From contig CM120643.1 of NCBI GenBank assembly GCA_051362555.1, forward strand, positions 23,378,848 through 23,442,847: a DNA stretch of 64,000 bases. The letters are read 5' to 3'. Below are positions 40,001-54,349 of the stretch, piece by piece. Under the pieces are notes generated by a model. That model saw nothing but the letters and a program-made list of their open reading frames with translations, was not told where the DNA came from and did no database searches. The stretch is from Lingula anatina. Taxonomy: Eukaryota; Animalia; Brachiopoda. The position numbers and the translations under genes were made by a program. Each line of letters opens with the position of its first letter. Position 1 is the first letter of the stretch.

Positions 40001-41483
40001 CATTATCTGTAAAAAGAGAGAAACCTTGTACTGGTACAGAGTAGAGAAAATCGTACTGATAACAAAGAGCCCAGAGGTCTTATTTAGATGATCAGACATT
40101 TCATTAAAAACAAATCATTTTCTTACGAAAGTGGATACGGACTTGCTGACTGAGTAATTAAACTGACTTACAACTGATAGATGAATAAATTGATCAGCTA
40201 GTTGATTAAAATTCGATTAACCTCCGGATGGGCTCTTGATCAAATCGGTCAATTCTTACCGGCGTGTAAAGGAACCCAAACCCAACCACCGCCGAATTAA
40301 CCAAAAGGATCCTGAGGAGATCTCGGACGCGGTTTCTTTTATGTTGTTCTTTGGTGTCTGGTTCTTTTTTGTCCAGTCTCTTTGAAAACTTGCCTTTCGC
40401 CCTTCCTCGGCGTCCTCTCTTGAAGAAGTTTAATGTAGCCGAGAGCGTTTCATGTAAAGCTGTCACTAAAATGTCAACACACGGAAAATATACATACGTA
40501 TAATATCTATCATTTTCCAAAAGTGACGCATGAAATGACTTTCTATGCTGTAGAAAAGCTACCGACAAACCACATAGGTAAATACGAGTATATTACGAAT
40601 GATATTAAAGGAACACATGTACTCAATAGGGGATTAACCTGCGAAAATGTATTCTCTTCGGAGTCAAAAGCAAATTTCTCATCCTCACGAATTATGGTCA
40701 TTAGTCGTCCCTTCAATTTGATCTGATCTTTTACTTTATTCCATAAATGACTGGCCAGACATTTACAACGTCATGTCTTTCTGTACCTTTCATAAGGAAC
40801 TATCAAAGTGAGAAACTTTTATTTGAGGGGGTTTATAATCTTTTTTAAAAAATCTGAATTGGGAAAGATTAGTAGCTTTGAAGAAACATGTACAACAGTA
40901 TCACTTTGGGTCATTTTCAAACGCGTTAAACACGTGTGATTGCAGTCAAGTTACCTGAACTACGAAAAGTCCCTTTCTTTTCATATGGTGATCGCACTCT
41001 GACCCAAAGTGCCACAAAAAAGAGAATAAGAGAGAGCAGACCTGACAGAGGAGCGATGAGAAACTTGAAGTGAAGTGGTAAGCCTGGAATTCCTTCCGAT
41101 ATGGCGCTCGATATGTCTGCAATCATGGCACCAACATTGCGCCAAAGATAAAACCTGTTTTAGAAAAAAGTTTTGCTTTTGCTTGTAGTATAGGCGCATT
41201 AATAACTATATCTTCATTCAAATATTAATGGGATATTCTTCTGCTAAAATATTAAAAGATAACACATATAAATCAGTAGACGTACATTTAAAGAAAATGT
41301 ATACAATAAAGTTATTATCATATATATGATTTTTTTCTTTTTTACAAGTTGGCCTTAGACTCTCATTCGTCTAGTTAACTGAAAACAGGCATTTTTGTGA
41401 ACCATTGATTAATTTCTTAATATTCTAACACTAGACTTTTTCTTGTATCGATTGTCGAATTTTCGAACTGATACCAGGTTTAT

Positions 41484-41534
<51 letters not shown>

Positions 41535-42780
41535 GCAATAATAATAAACAAAATAAATACCCCAAAAATGAATATATAACTTTACCAATGAATATAACGC
41601 CTTCGATGCTTCTCGTCTGGTAACTGTTCAGCGCCAACTACCGGTAACACGGCGCCAATACAGCCCTGTCCAAAAGCAGCCGTTGCCAGTCCAGCCACGG
41701 CAAGATGTTTTGCGGTGCTGTTGGAACGCTAAGATAAGTTTTAATGCTAATATAATAACAATGTTTAAAGTTTTTCGCCTGTTTGGAAGGAAATAGCAAT
41801 GAAAACACTCTTTTGTCACAAACTAATTACAAATTTCATCACTCACGTGAAAGCGATCGGCCATCTTCGTCACATTCAAAGTGACGCAGGTGGCGTTGTT
41901 TCACTAGTAGAGAAAATAAACTGTCTGGACGAACATAGGAGTAAAGGAAGACGTGGATCGGGGGGAGGGGGGGTCAGCGCCAGATGCTCATAAAGAATTG
42001 TGGCAAAAGAGTGCTATTTTTCGATATATAATAACAAAACACAACAACAGTATCAGCAGCAGCAACAACAACAACAACAACAACAATAATAATAATAATT
42101 TGCATTAAAGCTCTACCAAAAATATTATCTGTAGGCCTAAATCTTAACGAAAATCCAGTCATTCAAGTCCATTCCGGTACTACCTGTAGATTGCTATCCA
42201 TCATCTCTCTCCTTTAGTAATATGCCTACATGGGTCTAACACCACCTTACCTGCTAATAGTGCTTTTGGGACGGACTAGATTTACCCACATCAACGAAAA
42301 CATACCACTGATCGACGACCCGCTGCCTATTGTTATCTTGGAGGTTAAACCGCGCACGCCATTGATATCAAATACAACCCAAACACAGTTTGTCATGATA
42401 ACAAGCTGATAACATACTGATATCACAGCCTTGAGAGTTGCGATCACAATTTTGTAGGTTAAAATGATTTTTTTTTTAATTTAAAGTACAGGTATTATGA
42501 CACAGTGATGCCAACATTTCTTCAGCACATGTCATTTCCCACTGTAAACAATACGTTTTATAACGTTACCATAACGTTACCAGAACGTTTTTTTTATGTA
42601 TAAAAATTATGGTAATATTATAATGACGTTTGTTGCTGGGTAAAGGTTATGTCTAGCTATGAACCAAATAAAGACACAACAATTAAAGAACACCACAACC
42701 CTTTCATAGGTTTTTTTTTCTTCTTTTTGAGTATTTACCTCAATATGTTCAGCAAATTCGAGGAAAATGAGACCTGAAAG

Positions 42781-42811
<31 letters not shown>

Positions 42812-43092
42812 GTACCGAAAGGCTTTGAACCAGGTTATGTCAAATTTCACCATCAATTTGACTAAGGAGAAGAGATACCATCTCCACACCAGTATAATCA
42901 AAATTAGTTTATATGTAATATAAAATACGACAGAACTCCAAACCTGACTTTCCACAACAGTTTACAACAGGTTGTCATACATTATAAAAGAAAAAAAAAA
43001 CTTTAGACAACCCATCAAGGAGTGGAGTGGATCTGGCCCATCCATTTGCACAACCGCGCCTCTATTATTCAATTTCACGCGATTTAGAAAAT

Positions 43093-43150
<58 letters not shown>

Positions 43151-43798
43151 GATAGCACTCCCACTTCAGTTTTCTAATACATACAATTTGTGTATGGCAA
43201 ATTTGAACCCGAAAACAGGAGTCCTAACGGAAGTAAAAGACCGATCTAGAGTTTACGTTATTAAAACTTACCAAGACTAAAAAGAACATATCCAATCGTT
43301 AACGTTGGTATTGGGCGTAAGAACGTATCAGCCATCGTCCCACCAAATATCCCCAAGCATGCTGACGCCCCTGCGAATACAAATTATACCTGGTTTATCG
43401 TGAAAACAGCAAGGCCAATCAAAACAAAAATAAACAGCCGTGGTTTAAAAACGTCCGAAACATCGATTCACATTTTTAAGAACCTGCATAACCTTTAACT
43501 CACCTACAAACGCCATGTGAACTACTACTGCTGACGCCGTCGTTGAATTGAATGTCACCAGCCATAACTCGTTCATGTAGTTAACAATTGTGAAGTACGC
43601 AGCGCGTTCGCAGGCGTACGCTAGTAGTATCAACACAGCTGCTTTTGAAAGAGACGAATGTACGCGTCTTTCGGTACATTCTGTTTCTTCATTGATTGTT
43701 TCCAGTTGTGATATTGTGTCGTTGTCATCTATGGACTGGACGAAAGAAATGCCTTTCGAACTGGTGTCGGATTTTGCACTAACATATCCTTCATCCAT
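37035..43798 (-). CDS. SLC15A4-like: SLC15/POT family transporter, paralogue B, 10 exons, about 555 aa
   Basis: Exons: 43798-43504, 43370-43272, 42773-42739, 41728-41586, 41154-40955, 40465-40260, 40006-39817, 38848-38681, 37652-37524, 37237-37035. GT-AG, same phases as A. Motifs AYACERAAYF, FGGTMAD, GQGCIGAVLPVVGAEQL, WFYLWRNVG, GPQYGLIALAEVF and EFSYMEAP. Confidence 0.9.
37848..38300. mobile_element. About 450-bp insertion in intron 8 of B, possibly SINE-like
   Basis: Absent from the alignable intron of paralogue D (about 56470-56480). Flanked by tgttat direct repeats. The minus strand carries a B-box-like gagttcgaatcc (about 37969-37980). Confidence 0.45.
39223..39396. mobile_element. Palindromic MITE with ~55-bp TIRs in intron 7 of B
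   Basis: gccctattcaaaatagggggactaactagtccgagg pairs with cctcggactagttagtcccctattctgaatgggggc. tatg on both flanks. Absent from the homologous intron of D. Confidence 0.8.
41485..41545. repeat. (AAT)n microsatellite
   Basis: Directly visible. A homologous array sits in D at about 62568-62610. Confidence 0.9.
43094..43148. repeat. Poly(T) tract, about 55 nt
   Basis: Directly visible, in intron 2 of B. Confidence 0.9.
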
Positions 43799-45597
43799 TT
43801 TGAATCGAAATAACAGTCGATAGACTCAGGAAACCAGCCCTTTAATTATTCCATATTAATTGTATAAGGCCCAAGCTCCGCTGTCACTGCTGCTGTCACT
43901 CGTTACAGTGCAGAAATGATATGCTATCTGGGGGATGAAAATATTTTGATTAAACTGGTGTAAACGAATTGTTTGGGAAATAGTTTATCAGTTTCAGATT
44001 ATCATACCTGATCGAGTCATAGGAGAGAGAACCCTGTGAAGCAGGGTCCGGTTCCCATTGATTTGTACAGGGAAGCTCCGTCCTAGAATTACACCCGCCT
44101 TACGTCTTGCTAACCAATACCTGGTTGAATCTAATGGAGAGCAGACTCTCTATTGCAGAGAACCTCAGTTTAACACCAGCAATTAGTGTACGGTGTTGTT
44201 CTTGACATCAACTTTTCACTTCAGAGGCCAATTAAAGAAGAAAGTAAAAGCAGTTTAAACTAATTGACCTTTGACTTAATTTACACTGTTGAAGATCAAC
44301 AATCTGATCATATTTATTTATTTATTTATTTATTTATCTATTTATTTACCTGGTTATTTGTTTGTATGTTTCTTTGTTTGTTTATTCATTTTTGGTCGTT
44401 ATTATTATTACATTCTTATCATTATTCACGTTTTTGTATATGCAGGTATATTTCCTTTTATCGTTTCTATTTGTCTTTGCTACGCATTATATGGCCTACA
44501 GCGTTGATCAAATAATTTGCCACACCTCCAGTGCCGTATGTTTTTATTTACACCACAGCTGTAAACTGTTTACAATGGCGTTGTTATTCCAGATACCCTT
44601 TTAAGATTGAGATATGAACGTTTAGAGAAGGGAAGGGGTGGGGCAAACAAAAATATAAAAACCGCGACTTTCTCTCTCTTCCAGCTGTTGCAAACCGAAC
44701 TTTAACACGTTGATATTACTTGACCTAGTTAACTGGCCTATTTATAAGTCACGCGGTGTATTTCCTTAGTGGTATTGTTTACATGGACGATTAGTGCATA
44801 TTTAGTGTGTACGCATATCACAAGATTTAACGATCGAAGGGCACAAGTTAAAATGCAGCTTTAGCGTCGCTATACGACAGGGAAATGGAAGACCGAGACC
44901 TCATTTCGCAGAATTAGAATAGCATGGGGACTGCACCCACCCACCCACCACTACATTGGAGTGTGTGCCAAGCAATATACCAGTATGTGAGACGTTAACT
45001 GAATATAAAGCCTTCAATGCGAGTATAGTGCCGTATGGAAATGTACATGTAGGCCTACGGTTTCTTTGATTTTTCTCTTAATCGAGCTGTTAACTAGGCC
45101 ACCATATATATTCAGTATACACAGCCGTATATATAGAGGGCAACTGTACATGTACACAAGTATTAATACTACGTTGGAGTATATTTGCAGTGGACACAAT
45201 TATTCTGTTTCTTCCCTTGGGGTGGGAGCGGAAACTGCTGGCCATCTTCATAGAAACCAGGATAACCCGGTGTGTACCACTATGTGTTTGCTGAACCGCC
45301 GTGGGTAAAATGCAGCATACATAATATGTATGATATACAGGGCCCTACATATTCCACACGCAGTAGCTTACAATACATACAGCTGGCGAAATTATCGACA
45401 CTCGTGCTACATGTGGCATGTATGCCCGTTCAAGTAGCCTACATCGTTATGAACCTGTATAGTGCATGCCCCAGTGGTATGCCCCTATGCTGTTTCGACC
45501 CCCTCCTTCCCTTACCCTCTACCAGGGCTGCATATTATCTTATGTGGACTTTAACTCTTACGCGAGAGATTTTAACCAGCATTTTAACCATAGACGG

Positions 45598-45764
45598 CAG
45601 GGGCGGATTTAGGCCGTCTTCTGGGTCTTCCGGAAGACTGTCAAATTTTCAAGTTTACATTGACGGGTATGTAATTTTTTCTGCCGGAAGACGGTCAAAA
45701 ATGAGGATGGGTCAACAAAGATAATTTGGAAGACTGTCAGAAAATATCTCTGGATCCACCCCTG
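45598..45764. mobile_element. MITE with CAGGGGCGGAT...ATCCACCCCTG termini
   Basis: TIRs visible. Flanks tagacgg and tagacgt form an imperfect 6-7-bp TSD. Confidence 0.7.
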
Positions 45765-46887
45765 TAGACGTATCTCTGAATATCTGTGGACCTGGTAGAG
45801 GGAACCCCTCCCACGCGTACGTAATAATAGCAGAATAATATATCTGATTTCTTTATAACAGACACAAATCTGAAGTGGCAAACCCTCCCCTGCCTTTTCC
45901 GTCACCCTGAGTCTCAGAGAACACTGGCAACTCGCATATACAGGTACAACATCCCGGTATATTGAAAACGGGGTAGAAGCATGCTGATAATATAAGGGAG
46001 AGCCTTGGTGACTCCTCATGTATATCAGCAAATGTGACATCATACTACATGGTAGCAGTTGTGTTATTTGGTATATGTTATGACGCATCGACTTTATATA
46101 TATGATTACTGGTCATATTAAACGTGTGACCTGTTTCGCTATCGATATAATGATTAGATAGCTATTTTGCCCAGACTTTTCGATGAACCGCCTGTGATTG
46201 AATTAACCAAGTGCTTGATAATATGTAGCACAGTCAAAATCCACTCATATTCCCTGTTGCAAAATTCACTGGTTCAGAGATATACCCGAATTTACAGGTG
46301 GATCCAGCTCTCTTTTTATGAAAATTTTGAATGTTTATATTTATTTATTCATTTATTTATTTATATTTGTTTTTATATCTATATGTAATTATTTATTGTT
46401 TTTTATATATATCAAGGACTCAAAACACATTGACTGTCAATGGTGCTGTTGCATACATATATTTATATGTGTTTCTAGAGAATAGAGGAAGCTGATTCAC
46501 ATGCAGGTCCATGCTAGTAATATCAATGCACGTTATCCGGGCAGGTCACAGTGTCAGCAGATTATAGGTAGCAGTATAACAGGCTTGGTGTTTATTTCAC
46601 GCTCAATATTTAACCTAGTTACGTGACCCGCTAGTAACCCCCCCCCCTCCCACGTAAACCAAGAGTCTGGTGAAATGTGGAAACGAAACCGTTTCTTTTT
46701 CAATCACATGATGAACGTTGCCATCACATGCCCCAGATTATTTATTCCAAAGTATATCGTTATATAAGACTTCGCGTCCGTGCTTTGTACATTTCAGGTG
46801 ACACGGTGAAACGAAACCAGAAGTGAAACCTACTGACATCGCAGTGGCTCATGTATATACCGGCTGTCAGGGAAGCATTGTTTAACA

Positions 46888-49843
46888 ATGAGTGATACCA
46901 GGGACATAACAAAAAGAGGTGGACACGAAAATAGTTGTGGTCAAAACGCTGACCACGGTCAGGGGAGTCAGGTGACCGGTGACAACTCTGTTAGTGTGTC
47001 CATCCAGGTGTCGAGCGCGGACATCGATCAACAAACCCCTTACTTCGTTGACGGTCGCATAGCCTGTACAGCAACAACGTTCTCCATTTTCTTGGCCTAC
47101 TTTTTCAAGTCGCTTGCGGGATTCACGATCTTGAATAACTTTGTGACCGTGTGGACGAAAAAACTGAATTACTCCCTTCACGATGCCGAGGAGTACCGAA
47201 TGATTTACACTGGTAAATATTGATCAGGGTGGAAATAAGGATGGGTTTGACTATTATCCCCTTTTTGGGGTGACCTCTAGTACGATTCACCACACGCTCC
47301 TATTCCAAGAAGCATGTACCTCCAAAATAAATTTTATTGCATTTTTATGAAGTAAATTTTGAGAAAGGGAAGAGGTGGCTTAACATTCAAACAAAAGTTC
47401 CCCTTAACTTAACCCGGCGTCCTTCGCTCATGACTAGCGTGGTTTAAAAAAGTGTCATAGGGTAAGCCCTCCTTCCTCCCCCCCCCACCCCCCCTCCCCC
47501 CCCCCACCCCTCGCCTCACACCCCTTAACCAACGCGAATATAATATTTCATTTAGTTTCAAACTGTTCAATCCTAGGACACTGAGTTTCCATTCAGTTCA
47601 ATTTGATTTGATTTATTTGGCACTTTATGATATTTCTGCATTCTCCAAAGGTGTCAGCTCCAGTCTAGAGGTAATAGGAGGAATCGCAGCCGACACTTAC
47701 CCTGGTCCCTTTGGCACCCTGGGGGTGACATACGTCTTCTTTATTATAGGTAATGTTACATGTATACCATACCATACTACACCATGCTATATTACACTAC
47801 ACGATACTACACTATAATAATAGTACTACACTGCACGTCACTACTCCACACTATAATTTGAAAATAAATGCTTTATCTCTTTTGCTTTATTCTATATGTT
47901 CTCATTTTTGTGTCCAATATCCTATTCTAGGTGCTATTTTGATGCAAATAGCAACATCGCTGCCTCTAACGCTGGTAAGCAACACACTTTTGTTACGCTA
48001 ATAATTAATGGGCCCTAAGCTTCAGACACGTGAAAAACGTGTATCAAAACAATGTTAGGACGTTCAATACTCGAAATAACATTTATGAGGAAAAGAGACG
48101 AGAATTTTAACTGCTCGTTTATTTGTACAAAAGTGTTACTATCAGAAAAGTAAGCCTCCAGTGAGGATCGAACTCACGACCCCTGGTTTACAAGACCAGT
48201 GCTCTAACCACTGAGCTAGGCAGATGGACGGTGGGGTGACTTTTTATGCATTATGTGTTACCTGCAGAGCCGTCAAGCATGTCATTATGTCTTTGATTTT
48301 ATCATCTGCTAACATTTTGTAAACCGTGGCCTTTTCAGCCACAGCTTCAGTGTTGTCGTAAAAAGGCTCAAATAGAAAGAAAAGTGTTTACATTTATACA
48401 TTTTTTTCTAATGACTAATGAGCACTTCATTCGTATGCTTTGATAGAGTATTTTGAGGTGATAAAAAGGATGGGAAGGAAAAAGAGTGTACTCTCGGTAG
48501 CTGGAGAGTGAAAGAAAAGTCTACATATTTCAAAATGTGTCAGTTTTGACATTTTAACACTTTCCTCACAGGTCAGTGACTTGTGGACATTACAACAGCT
48601 AGCCTGGTCATCCGTGGTCTTCCTCCTGCTTGGTCAGACTGGAATGTCCGTCATCCTGTCAGTACTGGCCGCAGAGCAAGTCACTCAGACCAGGGCAAAG
48701 AGCAATACTTTTCATTGGTAAATATACCGTACATATACAACTGTGCAACATATTCCACATTTAAGACCTGTAAATTTCCCCACGAGTCAGGCAAAATTCA
48801 GTTGATTATTACCAAAGAGAAAAAAATCTTTCCACAAGCAGAACATGTACAAGTAATGGGAATTTTCCATGAAAAGGATAATTGATAATTTGACTTAAAG
48901 GTAACGAGGTATGTGGAGTCTATTGTGTATCATATTATCCCTTATTTTGGTCGTGTAAGCTGTAGACTACTCTATACTGGGGGCATTAATACCATACAAA
49001 ACCTTTGCTTTCACCAGAAAATCGTGAAGAATTAGCCAGAGAGATATCTGTAAATATCTGGTGAAAATCAATCTGTGGCTCTGGTAGAAGGTGACTGCTC
49101 TACGTTCATGCGCAGAGACACTGCGATATTTACTTATTTTTTTTTTTACACTAGGGCCCACCAAACTACATGTGCACCCTCCTTACTACGCCAACTTACA
49201 CCCTCCTAACTACTTCGTTCCAATAGCACCTGTTCAAGGTACACTTCACAACTTACACGTGCCTTATTAACACATTGATTTTTTATAGATATACAAGCTA
49301 TGGACTTTCAATATCAGATACAGGAGAATACAAGTTATTTCCTTGCAGGGTTTACTTCAGTACCAATGCCGCAGGTTTACTGAACAGCGCCCTCACGATA
49401 ATGATTCTCTTCACGTCCACGACTGAGGCCGTGGAGGCGGACACCATACCTGCCCCGATCTCTATACTTCTCTCCGGTATGATCGTCTGCTTGGTCAGGT
49501 CCAGATATAAGACGTACGTAGAAGAAGGTGAGATGAGATCAATAAATCTTTTGAAATATTTTGCTTCCTGCAGAGAAGACACTTGGTCGATGTACTTGTA
49601 TTTCTGGTGTTGAAGCTGAATGCTTATTTCACCTGCTTTATGCTATTTTGACTTTCGAGTCAGGAATACATGAATCTTACACTATATACAAGCAGTGGCG
49701 GATTTAGGGGAGTGTCAGGGGGGTCCCACCCCCTTCGATTTCTGATAAAATAAACGCACCAAAAAACGTCTAGCTGAATCATACATGTAGTTCTAAACTG
49801 TACCAAATTTCGCCATTTGCCCTCCAAAACACCATTTGTGTGT

Positions 49844-49887
<44 letters not shown>

Positions 49888-52800
49888 TTCAAGCGTGCCC
49901 CGAACCTGGTGCCAAGGTGGTGAGGGTCGGCCTCGCAATCCGAGGCCTGTCAACCCCTAAAATACCGGACTCCCCTTCAAATAATTCTGCTTACGCCCCT
50001 GACAAGTACGTGTAGTCGTGTAGTAAATAATAATAATAATAATTATAATAATAATAATAATAATAACAATGATGATGATGATGATGAAAACAACAGTGGC
50101 CCATAGACTAATTGTTTGTTTGTTTCTTTTTAGGATTTAGCTTGATCAAAACCATTAAGACCAAAGCGGCACACTTGAGAGACAGATATGGACCCAAGCC
50201 ACAGCCGATACCGAAGACCAAAAACCCTTTCAGCCCACCAAAGAAAGTGTTGAAGACGTTTGCAAAAATACTATGTGTCAACACGTCGGTGTTTGGATTT
50301 GGAATTATTTATACACAGGTAGACTAAATTATGAAACGTCTCTGAATCATCATCAGTTATCTGCTTATGCTTGTCATTCATTTCGAAATGTCGACATTAT
50401 GCCTTCTCATGACACTAGCACGTGAGGTAGCGATAAACTCAAACGTCTGATCCTTAACATTGACACGATTAAGCGCCGCGTGCTCAAAGTGACTGAAACA
50501 GAAAAGACAGCCATTGATCCTCAACAAACATCCCCTGCATGATATACTAAGGACGAACGTGCAGACATTAAACTGGCAATACGTTTTTGATAAAATTAAT
50601 TAATTTTAAATTCAACACAATTGATATTGAGAAACAATATATTTTTTCTCAATATTTTCATTTTCCTTTAGTACTTATTTTAAAGGTGTATTTTAACCTA
50701 ATTCCATTTTTAATACTCTATCTTTTCATTCTATATTTACATTTCAGGCACTTAGCCAGCAATTTCAAAAGGGGGGTTCTTTTTCTGAAAAAGTGGACCT
50801 TTTACATGTACCATGAAACCTTCATGTGCCTAGATACAATTTTACCAGGAGGGGACCTTTTCCCAGCAAAAGGGGGGTTATTTCGAACCACCCGAACCCC
50901 CCCTGGCTACGGGCCTGCATTTAGTATAAGTTTTATATATTGCCAAGAGCAAGGTAAACCTCTTATTATTATTATCATTACCATTTTAGCCATATGCAAT
51001 GTGTCTATTTATTGAAGAGATTCTTATAATATAATAAACACTTTCACTTCACAGGCACTGGGGACTTTTCAGCTCCAGGCGACAGGACTGAACACGACTA
51101 TTGGACAGGTCAACATTGACGACCCCAGCGCGTTCGTCCTTCTGTTTAATGAGGTCATAATCCTACTGACCATTCCGTTCCTCATTAATGTTGTGTATCG
51201 GAATTTTAGAAGGAAGGGCAAGAAAATATCTGTATTCGTTAGAATGGGTAAGTACATGTATTAGGAACGGTTTAGGGGGTGGACGACGGTTTGAATGCTT
51301 CCCCCTCTTTTGGCCGGAAAAGTACCGCTCTGAGTGAATGTGTTAGCTGGGTCCTATCGGTGTAAGTCATTTTTCGAATTGCGACAATGAAGGGGTGCAT
51401 AGGTCCACGTCTTCAGGAAAGAATATCCTTTTTATTTGCTCGCTGCAAGCGTGTATTAAAAGGAAGATAATGTAATTCCCTGCACGATCTATTGTCGTAG
51501 TGGGTACCCAGTATGTAGCCAAGTGAGGAACAAACGCAAATAAGAAAATCAAATTTCCAATGACACGTATGCTCGACAAGCTCGTAGGAGGTTTAGATGT
51601 CCGAAAGGACGTGTAACACAAAAAAAAAAAAAAAGAAAACAAAAAAAAAAAAAAGGAAAAAATGAGCAGCTTGTTGTGACCAATTAAATGCGTTCCATTT
51701 GCCGTCAAAGTGATATGAGACGATGCCATTGGTGTTATGTCCATTTAACGCAATGCCAAGGGCCATTAACTTCTGCACTAAAATTGTCTTATTTGAATTT
51801 TGGAAAGTATATTTGATTTTTAGATAGAAAATAAGTTCATGTACCGTTGGATTATTTACTTCACCTACTCTTAAGTAAAAGACACAAGAAATTATTAAAC
51901 TATGTGTGAAGTTCGCACACGTGTACATGTAAGTCAGCTCGATAACTGTGCGCCGGGCGTCACGCTTACATGTAAAATATGTTGTGTAAGTGTACCTGTC
52001 ATTTGTTATTGAGGACTTCACGTGTTTTCCAACCATCAATTGATTTCAAATTAGTTCAGTCGCCACTTTAAGTATTTTTACCTTGACCTTCTATTATTAA
52101 ACAGATGGTGGGTGAAGTAATTTCCTTATCATGGTCACGTTCTACGTGCATTATTCTGATAAGTGAACTTGACAGCAACCGCGTAATAAGAGAAGAAAAA
52201 TCACTTTTAAAGGTCACTTCTAATGATTGTTTTCATAGAGAAAATTTGCTTCCCATCACCCTTGAATATAAGCAAATTTTAGCCACAAGTCATCAAAGAA
52301 CTGATAAATATTGTCAATGAATATTTCGATCGAACTATCGATTAATCGACTAATTGATTGATTGGTCTATTTTTGTCGCTTTATTTAACCGCTCTTCTTT
52401 AAAATCATTCATATTTTGACTTTGATTGGATGCTTACAGCGATTGGAATGGCGTGTACGGCTGGCTCTGGTTTTTCTGCCCTCCTCGTCGAGGTCGCCCG
52501 CAGAAACGACTGTACTCAACACGGCGGACAGTCCACTTTGACCGTGCTAATACAGGCACCTCAGGTCATCCTGCTAGGACTTGGGGAAGTTTTTACCGTT
52601 ATCTCAGGTATTTAAGACAACCAGTAACCGATGTAACGAAACTGAGGGTCCGTGTAACAGAAAATCCTCTTTCTATTTAGTTATAATGGTTAGGGTTAGC
52701 CTGACATAAGTGGGTCAAAATCTAGGGGGAGGTTTACCTGTACGAATAAATGGGAAGCGGGCTTTCTGTCATGGGAGACTCTCTGTAATGGTACACCGGG

Positions 52801-54305
52801 TGAAGGTCCTTATAAAGGTAGTTATTTATACATTTTTGGTATTGAAGGTTGGGAGAGGAGGTCTAGTAATTTCTTGCAACATGGGTGGTCCTTTTACACC
52901 CAGGGCACCCTCCTCCCCAAGCTGATATCTGGGGCATTTGATATACTGTATTTAGGTCCAATTATACATGACTCTCCAAAGGAGCATATTGAATATTTTT
53001 GGATGATTAAATTCAAGGAATTGGGTGTTAATAAATATATTTTCATATCCTATGGCATAAGTGATCCTGCTTACATGATGTTAAGGATGTGAGAGGTTTG
53101 ATCTTATTTTGGATGATGAAATGCGGATGACTGGACGAGGTGTTTCTTATACATGTAGTTATTCTCAGTGCAGGCACGCAGGAAGCGGTTTAAAATTAAG
53201 GAGAGAATGGTAGGGGTATAATAATAGTAACCATTTAGAAAAAAATCAACTAGCGGAGGGAGGGGGTGGTAACGACCAAAGTGTACTTAGAGCTGGCATT
53301 TTACTTAAATAGATGCACATACTCTTACCCCCCACCCTCCTGCTTTTTGCGCCTAGGTTTGATGTGGTGAAAAACAAAAAAGAGGAGAAAAAGGGCTAAG
53401 ACCCCTACTCACCTGTCAAGACCGCATGGGTAAAAACACAATTTCGTCCAATAACAATGCCAGTAATTCCCTCGTGGATGTCGTCGGTTTACTTCACTTA
53501 TTTAATATAATGAGACATGCGATCTGTCAGCCTGTTGGTGCCAAAAGTTCACATCTTCATTTGAAACATCTGTGTCGGCCAATTTAATTTGATCACAGCA
53601 ATTTGAGTTGACGTGGCAATTGGTGCATGTTGAAGTAGTCTAAAGTAAACAACGGAGGATCAACCAGCATGGTTCAATGGCACGTGTAATGTGTAATTGG
53701 GCACTTTACAACGTGATCAAATAGTTTTATTTAGAAAAAGAACCATTAAATTGGAAAGTGTAGGAAAGAGAAAGGAGACCTTTAGACCAATTGTGTTAGA
53801 GGAGCTGAAATATTCCATGTGAAAATGTCGGCTTACCGTAGGCTGTACTGAACAAGTCAAATTGCGAGCATATATCCTTATAAATCACAGTATCATATAA
53901 TAAACAGATAGAATATTAGGTATTCATTAAATAAAAGGTATACCATACAAAGATTACCATGGTTACCATGGTTGTAACCCATCCTTTATCCGCTATTCTG
54001 AGAACATGCATAAAATACAATATTTTGTAGTCAATAGAAATTCAATTTAAAATAGCTAATCACGTATTGTTTAACATTTATATTTCAGCCTGGGAATACG
54101 TGTACACAGAGGCCCCTAAGGGACTCAAGTTCACAGCCATGGGACTGTTCTATACCGTCTATGGTCTTACCTTCTTTGCATCCTATGGTTTTCTTAAACT
54201 CATCGAAAACACAAGGCCAGGTAAAGTGATTTAAACCATTTTGTCTTTATAATATAATGATTAATTTGTATTTTTTCGTTTTCCGTTATGTATGTCTTCT
54301 TCTTC

Positions 54306-54349
<44 letters not shown>

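Noticed and set aside
42247-42447. 66-aa ORF with a donor-like end in intron 3 of B, also alignable in D, as an extra exon
   Set aside because: Exons 3 and 4 already join in frame and match A and C. The similarity to D reflects recent duplication of the whole intron, with indels.
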